The position numbers were made by a program, and so were the translations under genes. From Octopus sinensis (Eukaryota): a stretch of 64,000 bases of DNA. Where the stretch lies: NCBI RefSeq assembly GCF_006345805.1, contig NC_043002.1, positions 93,682,001 through 93,746,000 on the forward strand. The letters run 5' to 3'. Positions 38,138-51,014 of this stretch are shown here, piece by piece. Under the pieces are notes generated by a model. That model was not told where the DNA came from. It did not search any database and saw nothing but the letters and a program-made list of their open reading frames with translations. Positions within the stretch are counted from its first letter, which is position 1, and every line of letters starts with the position of its first letter.

Positions 38138-39161
38138 CGATGATGATGATGATGTTGATGTTGATGTTGATGATGATGATGATGATGTTGATGATGATGA
38201 TAATGATGATGATGATGATGATGATGCTGATGCCGATGAAGAGGACGACTGTTATGGCATGTAGATATTAGACAAGTTGAGTATTAATCTGATATTCTAA
38301 AGGCAACTTCCGCTGGTGAAGATCAACTGCAAACCGTATCATTAGTAGATTGTGACTATTATTAAACCTGGCTTTCTTTTTATCTGTTTGTTGTTGTTGT
38401 TGTTGTTGCTGTTGTTGCTGTTACTAACTATCAAGTGCATAAGCCTAAGTAGTTTCCAGTGTGCTGCCTTTGTGGCCTGGTTTCAAACCCCTGGTTGTAT
38501 CTCTTTCACTTCCAGTATACATACAGTTAATGAACACCGGGTAAGGTACGGGCATATAATAATATTTCATTCCTCTCCTCCCACCCTAAAAATCCAGTCA
38601 AAATTATAAAAAAAAAAGGTTGCTTTTACTGTTGTGGCTGTTATTCTTGTGTAATATTCTTGTTATTTGATTCCTGAGTCTGCTATGGCCAATCTATCTT
38701 TTTTGTTCTTCATTTTTCTTGGCAGAATATATTTAGGATTACCATATCCAATATATCACTCTTTTCAGATGGTAGAGTGTGTTTTATGGAGATTTTGTTA
38801 TTTCTAGCCGTTTGAGTGGCCGCATAGAAGCTCTCGTTGGCTCTTGTCCTATTCTATTTCATATCTTTAATTTGGTGGTTGCGCTTTTTAACTGAAAATA
38901 TAGCAAAAATAAAAAATAAACTTTTTGTTGTTAATAAAAGTACCGGAAGTTAATGTTTAGTTCTTAATATATGTGTAACCTCAGGGATTTTACAGAGGGA
39001 AGTGTATATAGCACACACCGGATATTTCATGCTGTACTTTATGCTACTTATGTTAATGATGTACAGAGTGATGACTAGCATAAAGTCACTCGCCAACACA
39101 TTGCTACTGCTTACCTATTGATGAATTGTCTCGTCACTCTGTTGTTTACTCCACTACAACT

Positions 39162-39769
39162 AGTAGCACTGTCTTAAGGCATGGGCACACTGGACAGTTG
39201 CCCAGGAGCCTCACGAGTCTAGGGGCTCAGTTCTTGGATCTTTTCGGTTTGAACGGTAGTTTTTTCTAGTGGTGTCATATGAAATTGTCACCCATAATTA
39301 TAACCCTAGTATCGATCTATTGCATTTCAAACTGTTTTAGGGTTAGGGTTAGTTAGTGTTAGGGGTGGGGGGAAAGGTATCTTTTTTCTTCACAAATGTA
39401 AATAAACCTAATCTGTTTCTTAAACGAGGGACATATTCATACGGCACAGAATGTTTTTTTTTACCTCAATAGACGTCAGTGATTGGTTGAAATTGCAGAA
39501 ATTGAAGAAAAAAAACAACAAATATCTTACAAACTATAGAATTTTCTCAATAAAGCCAAGAGAAAAAGATGTTTCATAAACACCTTCTACCAGTATACGA
39601 AGTTTAAAATTTTTTAGTTACCTAGAAATTATGTTAAAAACTGCCGTTCAAACCGAAAAGAACCCAGTTCTTTCCTATGCATGTTGTAGCTTGCTGTCTA
39701 TAAATAAATACTATATGACCCAAAGTACTGATTTACCTGGAGACCAATAATGCTACTAAGACGGCCCTG
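39162..39769. mobile_element. Older hAT-like MITE hosting a nested MITE
   Basis: Degenerate termini AGCACTGTCTTA / TAAGACGGCCCTG. Confidence 0.45.
39236..39664. mobile_element. MITE with about 29-bp TIRs and 8-bp TSD
   Basis: GGATCTTTTCGGTTTGAACGGTAGTTTTT / AAAAACTGCCGTTCAAACCGAAAAGAACC; TSD CAGTTCTT on both sides. Confidence 0.9.
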
Positions 39770-40129
39770 GCTACTGGTTTGTGCTTCTCAGAGTTGCCTG
39801 GTCTTGGGCCAATTCCATTCACACATTCCTTAGTTACTCCTCTTTGTACCCTTCTCGTCAAATGCTGTGTCTTTCAACAGGCCTCATGTGAACCACCTTT
39901 TACCCAGTCCTTCCAAACCAAATAATTTTCAATGTGGAAAGGAGATATACGCCGAAAGAAATAACGATTGGTATTATATAGTAATAAATTGTTGCAGATT
40001 GTATCAAGAAGCTCGGATCAAGAAGCTACCTCCAATTAAACCGCAATTGTGATGTACTTTTAATATCACGTTAACGTCAATTTTCCTTCTCTAAAATACT
40101 CCTTGATATAAAAGGAAATGGTAAATGAA

Positions 40130-40615
40130 CTTGCCTGAGGTAAAAATCAAACCGAAACTTTATATAAAAAAAAATATTTAATAACACAACACGCTTATTA
40201 ACGGACTCGACATACAAAACTATCAGCTCTAACAGTTAGGAAGTGTGATCGCTCTAATTGCAGAATTTGTACAAATCTTACTAAGGACAAATCATATAAA
40301 TTTCATCATATGAATTTCACAATTACAGTGAAAAAAAATTGATATGTCTATTAACTACAACGAATGCAGCGAAGATTACATTGGAAAAAGGAAACTCACC
40401 TTAAGAATCAGATTAACGATTTATCGACAACAAATACGAGATTCCTGGAATAGACAAATTTTACACAGAGAACATTTGGACATCTGCACCACAACCAAAT
40501 TTCCCAAATTCATAGTCTCTCCACTTTATCAGTGTGCAGACAAATACCACAGACCAAACACAAATAAATAAACTTCGTTTAATAAAAAATACTAGCCATT
40601 GCTGATCAGGTTATA
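40130..40615 (+). mobile_element. Penelope-like GIY-YIG endonuclease remnant
   Basis: KCDRSNCRICTNL..ECSEDYIGK..LRIRLTIYRQQIRD..EHLDIC. Confidence 0.75.
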
Positions 40616-41098
40616 AAACATCAATAAAATACGATTCACCATTCACTTTGAATGGTTGTATAAAAATCCCTACTGATGAAAGTGATTCATATCTCTCTTT
40701 TAAGTTCATTCATTACATTTTATTTTCGGGTATAGTAAATTCCAGTTATCTTAATTTTCAGAGATTTTCACTAAGTACACTTTACCTTTCCTTATGTGGG
40801 GTGTTTGTCACTTTGTTTATGAGGTAGATAAAAAAGATAAAGTCTGACGCCAGTGATGTTGATAAGCCACAAAAATGGTGAAATAACTGTATCTATCGCA
40901 CCTAAATGGGACTGGCGACGAGTTATTTTACCTGCCAATGACTTCCAGGTGTTTTAACACGCAGTGCTAAGAGGGAGTTGTCCCCGGAGCCCTGTACCGC
41001 AGCGAAACGGGGCGAACACGCAAAACACATGCATTGAGTATGTTCAGTCGATAATGTTTATAACACTAGCTCTGCTTTTAATCCATAATTGAATTTAT

Positions 41099-41218
41099 TC
41101 TTACGGCCATATCACGCTGAATGCACCGGTTCTCGTCCGACCACTGAAGTTAAGCAATATCGAATCTAGTTAGGACTTCGACAGGTGATCGCTTGTCAAA
41201 CCGAGGTGATGTAAGCAT
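41099..41218 (+). pseudogene. 5S rRNA pseudogene
   Basis: TACGGCCATATCACGCTGAATGCACCGGTTCTCGTCCGACCACTGAAGTTAAGCA..GTAAGCAT; 120 nt collinear with metazoan 5S; box C region mutated. Confidence 0.88.
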
Positions 41219-41229
41219 CTCACTTTTTG

Positions 41230-41388
41230 GGCGCAGGCGTAGCTGTGTAGTTAGAAGCTTGCTCCTCAATCACATGGTTTCGTGGTCAGTCCCGTTGCGT
41301 GGAACCTTGAACAAGTCTCTTCTTCTATAGCCTCTGGTCGACTAAAGTCGTGGATTTGGTAGACGTAAACTGAAAGAAGCCCGTCGTA
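41230..41388 (+). mobile_element. Diverged SINE family A 5' half
   Basis: Similarity to the family A head. Confidence 0.75.
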
Positions 41389-41673
41389 TATATATGTATG
41401 TATATATATATATATATATATAATATAATTAGGGGCTCAGTAAAATAATTTACTTTGCCACATACTGAAATTTTAGAAATAGCAGCTAAAAAAAATTTTC
41501 TTTAGCCATTTCTACTACTTTAAGAAGAATCTCCCTGAAAGTGCTTACTCAAAAATATGAGCCCCTAATAATATAAAGTAATATTTTGAATACGCCTTGA
41601 ATGATCCTTTTACATACTGAAAATTACTTGGTGAAATTAATTAATAACTAATTGATTTTACCCTTAATTATTG

Positions 41674-41707
<34 letters not shown>

Positions 41708-41710
<3 letters not shown>

Positions 41711-43325
41711 TGGCGGCCAAAATGTTCAGAACGGCATTGTTTTCGTCAGAAAAGTAGATATAATTTTTTATCAAAGTTGTTTTATATTCTATAATTTTCA
41801 CAGACAATAAATACGATATTATTTGTTATTGCCTGAGATTTTGGTGTAATTTGAGAGGATAATACAAAAGTTATGGATGATTTAGTGATTTACTGCAAAA
41901 CCCATGGCGGCCAAAATGATCAGAACGGTTGCTTTTACTCCGTGTTTTAGTATATTTAACCGGCGAACTCTAATGTTTTGAATTTGTTTACGTGACGGTT
42001 CGTTAGTAAGAATATTTGCAGTGTACTTTTTTAATATAATGCCACTTACTCCGTTACCAGTTCTTCAGCAGATTATTAAGCTTCGAAGGAAGGATAATTT
42101 AAGTATTGGATCTATTGCAAAGATTGTTAACAAGTCAAAAAGTGTTGTACACGGTATTCTTAAGGTCTACGATGATTGTGGTTCGTGTGAAGCAATAAAG
42201 TTTACAGGTAGGCCAAGAAAAACGACCAAGAGAGAAGATCGTGCTATGGTAAAGTTGGTTAAAAAGGACAGATTTAAAACTGCTGCTGCTGTTTCTCGGA
42301 AAATGAGCATTGTATTGAAGAAAACTTTATCTCGAAAAACTGTGTCTCGTCGTTTCGTTGAACATGACCTACAAGCAAGAGCACCTGCAGTGAAGCCACT
42401 GATCAGCTCCAAGAATAAAAAGTGTCGTCTTACCTTTGCAACCGAACATGTGCTGTGGTCTCAAGAAAAATGGCAAACGGTGCATTTCAGTGATGAATAT
42501 AAGTTTATGTTATTTGGCTCAGATGGGAAAAGGTACGTTCGTAGAAAAGTAGGTGAAAAATTGTCGCCTAAATGCCTTAAGACTAGTGTTAAATTTGGTG
42601 GAGGAAGTGTCATGGTTTGGGGGATGATATCTGGAGATGGTGTGGGCCCTTTGGTGCGATTACATGGAAAGGTAAATGCAGGAGTTTATAAACAACTTGT
42701 AAAAGATCATGTCTTGCCTGTGCTGAGAAATTCAACTAAGCGACCATCCATATTCATGCAGGACAATGCCCCATGTCACAAGGCTAAGGTGGTCATGAAC
42801 CTCCTCAAGGCTGAAAAGGTTATTGTTATGGATTGGCCTGCTCAAAGCCCAGATCTCAATCCTATTGAAAATGTATGGAATATTCTAGGAGAACGTTCGA
42901 AAGCCAGAAATCCTAAAACAACTGAGCAATTATGGAAAGCCCTTCAGGAAGAATGGAATAAGATCACCCAGTAAGAAATTGAAAATTCAATTTCCTCATG
43001 CAGTCGAAGATGTCAGAGTGTGATTGAAGCTAAAGGGCTTCACACTAAATATTAAATAATTCCAGTATTCTCTGTCATTTTTGATAATTTTGTTATTTTT
43101 TCAACCGTTCTGATCATTTTGGCCGCCATGGGTTTTGCAGTAAATCACTAAATCATCCATAACTTTTGTATTATCCTCTCAAATTACACCAAAATCTCAG
43201 ACAATAACAATTAATATTGTATTTATTGTCTGTGAAAATTATAGAATATAAAACTATTTTGATAAAAACTTATACTTACTTTTCTGACGAAAACAATGCC
43301 GTTCTGAACATTTTGGCTGCAACTG
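41708..43325 (+). mobile_element. Full-length Tc1 (DD34E) transposon with 224-bp IR-DR terminal repeats
   Basis: TA|CAGTGGCGGCC..GCAACTG|TA; TIRs 41708-41931 and 43102-43325, each with two TGGCGGCCAAAATG(T/A)TCAGAACGG direct repeats. Confidence 0.97.
42039..43055 (+). pseudogene. Tc1 transposase, 338 codons, interrupted by one in-frame TAA at 42972-42974
   Basis: HTH region, GRPRK, FSDE, QDNAPCH-34 aa-E (SPDLNPIE); the frame continues EIENSISSCSRRCQSVIEAKGLHTKY*. Confidence 0.93.
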
Positions 43326-43326
43326 T

Positions 43327-43386
<60 letters not shown>

Positions 43387-43424
43387 TATAATATATATAT
43401 ATGTATATATATATATGTATTTAT

Positions 43425-43647
43425 GTGTGTGTGTGTGTTTGCGTGTCTGTGTTTGTCCCCCCAACATCGCTTGACAACCGATGGTGGTGTGTTTACGTCC
43501 CCGTAACTTAGCGGTTCAGCAAAAGAGACCGATAGAATAAGCACTGGGCTTACAAAGAATAAGTCCTGGAGTCGATTTGCTCGACTAAAGGCGGTGCTCC
43601 AGCATGGCCGCAGTCAAATGACTGAAACATTGAAAGAGTAAAGAGTA
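43425..43647 (+). mobile_element. SINE family A 3' half
   Basis: Matches the family A tail. Confidence 0.85.
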
Positions 43648-44771
43648 TATATATGATATAATATAAATAATATATATGCATATATACATACATACATGTA
43701 CATACATATATATGTATATACACATGCATATATGTGGGTGCAGGACGTCAAAAAAACGTAAACAGGAAAAACGAGAACATGAATTACAAAAACATGGAAA
43801 ATGAACTTTTTTTGAACAACGAAAGAAACAAATAGAAAAACGAGACAGGCAACATAAATAACAATCCCTTCATCAGTTGTCCACTGTTTTATCTACTCCG
43901 CATTTCGAGCGTTAGGACAAGATGCATCTTCGTCAAAACAGTCGCCCCGCAAAGCAAATTACATAAAATTTGGGATTTGCAGAGGGTCAAAGCTGGTAAC
44001 AAAAACAGGACAGTTAAAACAAACGGTAAGGGCTGTTAAGCCATAACGAGGTGAAGTGGTGAACGCTGGAAAACAAGCTTTGACAGGAGACAGCCGAAAA
44101 TGCGTGTTATCTCTTGTACCTGAACGAGAAGAAAGAAATTCGAGTTAGAAGAAAGAAATTCGAGTTGGGAGAAGAAAGATGACCGCTGGTCCCGTGTGAG
44201 CAACGAGAGAGTCAAGGAGGAAGTATGAGGGAGAGAGAGGGACAGATAGGGAACGTTGAAGGGGAGAAGTATGCATTGCTCCTGAACAGGATTGGAGGCG
44301 TGTTGTCCCGCTTGTATATGACTTTCTGGTGTTTTAACATCCAGTGTTACGAAGGAGTCGTCCTTAGAGCTCTTTACCGCAGAGAAACGGCGAACAAGCA
44401 AAACACACACACACACACACATATATGTTGAGTATGTGCGGTCGATAATGTTTACAATACTAACGCTGCCTTTCATTCATAATTATAAATATATGTATGT
44501 ATACACACACACACACATACGCACACACACATACATATGGGTTATGAGAGGTAATGGTGTCAATAAGACCCAAAGGTGTTAGGTAATGGTGAGTAAGTGC
44601 TGTGGACAGACTATAGTTAAGCTCTAGGTTCGATGAATATGCGAATGAGGAGTCCAACGTAGGTCATATATCAGCATGAGATAGAAATCCAAGGCTGTGA
44701 AAGATTTTAGAACTTTTATAAATGTTCTAAAATCTTTCACAGCCTTGGAATTTTATCTCATTCTGAAAAAA

Positions 44772-44806
<35 letters not shown>

Positions 44807-44882
44807 TTATATATATATAGCAATGTAACTACACACATGCTGTTGGCGGTTTCTTTTCTTTTTGGGACTTTTCCCGTTCTCC

Positions 44883-44915
44883 TTTCCGACGAAGAGCTAT
44901 GCTCGAAACATCAAA
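44883..44915 (+). ncRNA. Minimal hammerhead-like motif with CCGACGA core
   Basis: TTT-CCGACGA-AGAGC TAT GCTC-GAAA-CA-TC-AAA; same repeat family as 21015 and 55478. Confidence 0.5.
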
Positions 44916-45041
44916 AACTCCCACTTTTTACTGAGCGTCAAAACTAATGCATTTCTCGTGCGCGTCCTCTTGTTGTCTGTTATCGTTAAATTTATTGTTC
45001 GTTTATTGAAACGACTATACATACATACGTACATACACACA

Positions 45042-45077
<36 letters not shown>

Positions 45078-45199
45078 TGCATGTATGTAATGTATGTATG
45101 TATGTATGTATGCACACGTGACAGGCTTTGGGTTAGATTGGCGTTAATGTTTGAAGAGAGAGAAAAAGAGAAAAATGGAGAAAGAGAAACTGAGTCAGT

Positions 45200-45237
<38 letters not shown>

Positions 45238-45532
45238 TAGAGAGAGTGAGAGTTGCAAGAACATATTCATCCACACAGATATAACAGAGCCACACCCATT
45301 AAAAATACTCAAACCGCACAAATACGGTACTTACAAAATGGATGACTACGTCAATAAAAATACATAAACCAGAATTCATGTATTTCCTTTATTCACAAAT
45401 TCAGATTTTGAATATAATACAAAAAAAAAAACAAACTCCAGAATGAAAATACTTCTCATCAGTATCAAACCACGTATCCGAAAGTCATAGAATGTTCTTC
45501 AGGCAAATAATGCAATATATAAATTTGAATGT

Positions 45533-45920
45533 GGAAGCACTCCGTCGGTTACGACGATGAGGGTTCCGGTTGATCCGAATCAACGGAACAGCCTGCTCGT
45601 GAAATTAACTTGTAAGTGGCTGAGCACTCCACAGACACGTGTACCCTTAACGTAGTTCTCGGGGATATTCAGCGTGACACAGAGAGTGACAAGGCCGGCC
45701 CCTTGAAATACAGGTACAGCAGAAACAGGAAGTAAGAGTGAGATAAAGTTGTGGTGAAAGAGTACAGCAGGGATCACCACCATCCCTGCCGGAGCCTCGT
45801 GGAGCTTTTTTAGGTGTTTTCGCTCAATAAACACTCACAACGCCCGGTCTGGGAATCGAAAGCGCGATCCTATGACCGCGAGTCCGCTGCCCTAACCACT
45901 GGGCCATTGCGCCTCCACCC
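45533..45920 (-). mobile_element. SINE family B, full length with 13-bp TSD
   Basis: TSD TAAATTTGAATGT at 45520-45532 and 45921-45933. Confidence 0.92.
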
Positions 45921-46379
45921 TAAATTTGAATGTAAACATGTTATCATAAGCTTTCTGATTCAAGATGTTACATTGGACACACAAATACGATACTTACTTA
46001 TTGATTTACCACGTATTCACGTATTACCACGTATTTCACAACAGTACAGTGTATAGTGCAAGAAGTAAAAAAAATAAATGAAAAAAAAAAACCCATTAAT
46101 TACTAGCACAATATTCCTATAAGGCAGGATCTGAACGTCAGAGAAATTGCTTTGCAGTATTCATACTGACTCTGATCTAAGTTCGACTATCAATTAGATC
46201 CACTTTGCCTTTCATTCTCTCGATGACGATAAATAAAACACCCAAGCTGTACAGGGGCTAATCCTTCACTTTGTTTGATTGTTTGTTTGTTTGTTTTCTT
46301 TCTTTCTTTCTTCTTGGGAGAAATCAGCTTTGACCTGAAAAGAGTCTCCACCAGTTAAAAAAGATACCGAAGATACGCC

Positions 46380-46441
<62 letters not shown>

Positions 46442-46541
46442 GGCGGTGCCCCAGCATGGCCACAGCTCATAAGCTGAAACTGGAAAAATCCAAAAATCAA
46501 ATCAAATAATAATATAATATATAATATATATATATATATAA

Positions 46542-46584
<43 letters not shown>

Positions 46585-46730
46585 TAAGAGAGTGGTCACT
46601 ATGTGGCTCACTCTAGCCACTAGTAAATCCAAAAGGTTTCAACCACAAAAATACATGTTTCCCATGAAAGTCAGTACGATTGTTAGTTCACACGAACAGG
46701 GCAAATAAAAAATAACAAAAATACAGATTA

Positions 46731-46811
46731 TTTTGGGACAATTGTTTCGCTATTAATGAATTAAATGTAATTTTACTCACAAAAAACTCACTTGTAGCTC
46801 CTCAGCCAAAA
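46731..46811 (-). ncRNA. Type I hammerhead ribozyme motif (all elements intact)
   Basis: TTTTGG-CTGAGGA-GCTA..TAGC-GAAA-CAATTG-TC-CCAAAA; GUC site. Confidence 0.85.
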
Positions 46812-47641
46812 CTATCTGGATGAAATCCACTCAATCACACGCCAGATTTTACCATAACGAGGTGTTGAATAGGTATACTATTAAATTAGTATCTAATTCT
46901 CTCACCCTTATTAATTAATTATTATATACTATACTTTCGTCCTTTCAAAAGGCTTCTTCGTTCGTATTGTTGGTTAATTTCCTGTATAGTATTCTGTGTT
47001 ATTTTCTCTTTTGTAACTAATTGTACTTTTTGTACATGTATTTTATTTTTGCAGTTTTATTGTTTGCTATGCCAGAAAAAACTTTCGAAGTCCTCTTGTG
47101 TTTCTTTTGTACATGTATTTTAATTTTGCAGTCTATTGTACGTCTTGTTTGTGTTCGTACTCAGTGTTCCCCGCTGCTTGCAATTTTATTTTAATTCTCT
47201 CGCAGGAAGGCCTATTTGGATTAGTGTTCTGTTATGCCTTCGAACATGCCTACTCCTATAGCGACAGCTGATGACGGGGGTTTTGTCCTTGTGTACCTGT
47301 CCTGTATTGGTTTTGGTTTTCTCCGTTTTCTTGTTTTTTGTTTTTTGGCTTTTTCTGTTTCTTCACGTCTATTGTGATGTCCTGTACTTCTATAATTATT
47401 TATATATGCATGTATATATACATTAGATGTAGGTACGTACATATATGTTTGTATGTAAGGCATATAATTTTTATTTATCTCCTATATATATATATATATA
47501 TAGATACATATATATATGATAGCGAAGATACCGAATAACGTCGTATATATATACGTTTAAATATTTGTTGTGCAAGATTTTTTATGGTGACGGTTCGTAC
47601 GGTTAGAAGGAGAGACACAAAAAAGTAAGAAGAAAACAAAG

Positions 47642-47684
47642 GACCACTGATGCGGTCACAGAGTGTGATGAAAGAACTCTGGCC
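47642..47684 (+). ncRNA. Degenerate hammerhead (CTGATGC core), homologue of 17894-17937
   Basis: GACCA-CTGATGC-GGTCAC AGAGT GTGAT-GAAA-GAAC-TC-TGGCC. Confidence 0.55.
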
Positions 47685-47789
47685 AATAAGATTAAATTAA
47701 TGTAAAAAATAAATAACACTAAAGTAACACCATATATATTTTTTATGGCTATATAATATACCATCCTAAATACAGCAATATATATATAT

Positions 47790-47831
<42 letters not shown>

Positions 47832-48021
47832 ATAATATCGATATTTGAATATCGATATTATCAAGTGGCCAGCATGGGAATAAATGCCATACAAAGGTAA
47901 TAATTTTTTACAACTATAAATAAGGGTAAGGCACGGTCACTATTACCCTATATAGAATTCCACACGAAACTAAGCAAGTTAACTATGGAAGATTTATTGA
48001 TAAAACAAGAAGAAAATGAAC

Positions 48022-48426
48022 GGCGCAGGAGTGGCTGTGTGGTAAGTAGCTTGCTAACCAACCACATGGTTCCGGGTTCAGTCCCACTGCGTGGCATCTT
48101 GGGCAAGTGTCTTCTGCTATAGCCCCGGGCCGACCAATGCCTTGTGAGTGGATTTGGTAGACGGAAACTGAAAGAAGCCTGTCGTATATATGTATATATA
48201 TATATATAAGTGTGTGTGTATATGTTTGTGTGTGTATATGTTTGACAACCGATGCTGGTGTGTTTACGTCCCCGTCACGTAGCGGTTCGGCAAAAGAGAC
48301 CGATAGAATAAGTACTGGGCTTACAAAGAATAAGTCCCGGGATCGATTTGCTCGACTAAAGGCGGTGCTCCAGTATGGCCGCAGTCAAATGACTGAAACA
48401 AGTAAAAGAGTAAAAGAGTAAAGAGT
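48022..48426 (+). mobile_element. SINE family A, full length
   Basis: Family A head and GTAAAAGA-repeat tail. Confidence 0.9.
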
Positions 48427-49751
48427 AGAGATTCAGCACATGGGAAATAACGTACGAAATCTATCAGGAATTAAACAGTTTTTAAGCTGTCGACAACGAT
48501 TTTATTAGTTATTTCAGTACTTCCATGATCCTTTGCAGTATGCTGCAAAGCGCGCAAACAACATCTCACTATTACTGTCATTGTACACATAAGATGTAAC
48601 CAAGACAGTTTTTAAGTATTAGTAAAATTAGCAACGCCATTGTTTCAAACTGATCAAAATGGTTGAAGCAAAATGTTACTTTTAAACTGTTTGGAGAGCA
48701 TAACTTTTATGAATAACGGCAGTTAAAAATTGCTGAAAATTCTCGAGTGAATAAAGAAGGAAATATGAAAAACTTTTAATAAAAAAAAAGATTTAAGTCG
48801 AACACAGTTACGTATCTGAAAGAGAAATTATTCTGTATTTACACGAATATGGTGATTGTCAACTCCCTATCAAGTACGATTACGTTTTGCACCCCTTCTT
48901 TCCTTTAAAACATGCAGCGTCTCCCTGTTACTCCTACAAGAATAACGAAGACATACATCAATATGGCAAGACTAAAACTTTAGTCCTCAGACACCCACGA
49001 CATGTCAATAGAAGATGTAACCGTGCGGCCGACAGGGGAATCATGATCATTCCTGTCTATGTTAGATTTCCTGTATGCCTTCATGAGCGAGGGATTTACA
49101 GAAATTATGGTATCTAAATGCAGCAGACGCGCGTGATCTACACCGATCGAAAGATCGACTGTTTGTTAATACTTCCAGGTAGTTCGAGTTTTAAGCTGTG
49201 CTTGACCTCTCCCCTCCACAGAAAAAAAAAGAAACAAGCAAAACAAAACATAGAAAAAAAAAACATGGGTGCTTAAAGTACTAACATATCAAATTTTAAT
49301 GTGACAAGTGCTTATGAAATACGAGAGTCACTTTCTCAATTTTTGAAGCCATTATACAAACCAAAAATACAAATGCAAGATGATCAGAAACTACAAGCAC
49401 CACAGAACATCAGATCAGAACATCCATCTGTCATGTGTATTTATATACGCATGCGAACACTCACACGCACGCACACACACACGCGCGCGCGCGCACATAT
49501 GCTCATACATACAGACACATTGGATAGCTGTAAGTTTTCTTGAGTTCGTCCGCCCACGGGCAGGTTTTATTTTTCACTAGGCGGGGTGTCCATAAGGCTG
49601 TCTCCTCACTAACCAGACTTAGTGGGGGGGGGGGGGTTGCCGGATCAGTTACCGACCAGGCATAGATTGAACTGGGTTACATGGTTACCAGTGGTTGGGC
49701 TCTGGTTGTTAGATCGATGAACTGATATACATACTTGCACATATGCACAAC

Positions 49752-49963
49752 CGTTAGTACGCCGGGCGAAATGCTTAGCGGTATTTCGTCTGCCGTTATG
49801 TTCTGAGTTCAAATTCCACCGAGGTCGACTTTGCCTTCCAGCCTTTCGGGGTCGATTAACTAAGTACCAGTTACGCACTGGGGTCGATGTAATCGACTTA
49901 ATCCGTTTGTGAGTCCATGTTTGTCCCCTCTGTGTTTAGCTCCCTGTGGACAATAAAGAAATA
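49752..49963 (+). mobile_element. SINE family C
   Basis: Matches 31308-31534. Confidence 0.85.
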
Positions 49964-50966
49964 TATATGTATGTACAAATGTTTATGTATATATATATAT
50001 ATAGATATATATAATATGCGTGTGTGTGTGCGTTTGTGTGTGTACTTGTGTTTGTATGTGTGTGTGTGTGTTTCCCCCCACGTCTATATTTTTGATGGCT
50101 AACATATTTTGACGCTTTTCATATGTATTTTTATTCTGTCAAATTTTACGCCATCTGTGTTCCAAATGCGATATCAAGATCATCATCATCTGCACCCCTG
50201 CGGATTTCTCTTCTTCTTCTTCTTCTTCTTCTTCTTCTTCTTCTTCTTCTTCTTCTTCTTCTTCTTCTTCTTCTTCTTCTTCTTCTTCAGTTTCTTTCTT
50301 CCTTTCTTTGTTTTTCTTCCTTCCTTCCTCCCTTTTTTTCTTTCTTTCTTTCTTTCTCCATTCATTAATTCATTTATTTAATTTCTGACACATCTATATT
50401 TAACAATCATACGATTTATTTAACACGATCTTTTGTTTCAAAAACGTGTGGTAGGCCCGTCAGTGTGAAATTCTCTGAATATTGCTTACGGTGGTCTTTA
50501 AACATCTTTTTGATATCATAGCCTCTTAGTTAGGACAGCGAGCTGACAAAATCGTTAACACGCCGTGTAAGATGCTTTGCGGCATTTTTTCCATCTTTAC
50601 GTTCTGAGATCGAATTCCACCGGGATCGACTTCATCTTTCATCCTTTCGAGGCTAATAAAACGAATACCAGTTGAACACTTAGTCCATCCCCGCCGAACT
50701 TGCTAGCCTTGTGCCAAAGTTTGAAACCGATATTATAGCTTCTTAATTTTCGACCAATTTTTGGAAATGAAAACTCTGAAGTTTCAAGATTTTAGCTCTC
50801 AATAACATCTATTAACAACCAGAAATTTTGAGAGGGTGGGGAGATAGTCGATTACATCGACTCCACTACTCAACTGGTACGTAATTTATCTGGCATGCTA
50901 ACGATTCTGCCAACTCGCAGACTTAATAACATCTATTGATAGCATAATAAAGAGCATTAATCACTG

Positions 50967-51014
<48 letters not shown>

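Noticed and set aside
37849-38285. Stop-free His-rich minus frame (HNHNHHHLYMRHDQEASKR..)
   Set aside because: Mostly (CAT)n repeat with no clear start or splice signals; insufficient support
43860-43945. Hammerhead-like pieces (TTGACGA..GAAA..CTGATGA) in a repeat related to 47200-47390
   Set aside because: Could not assemble a consistent core with UH and stems; possibly degenerate, left uncalled
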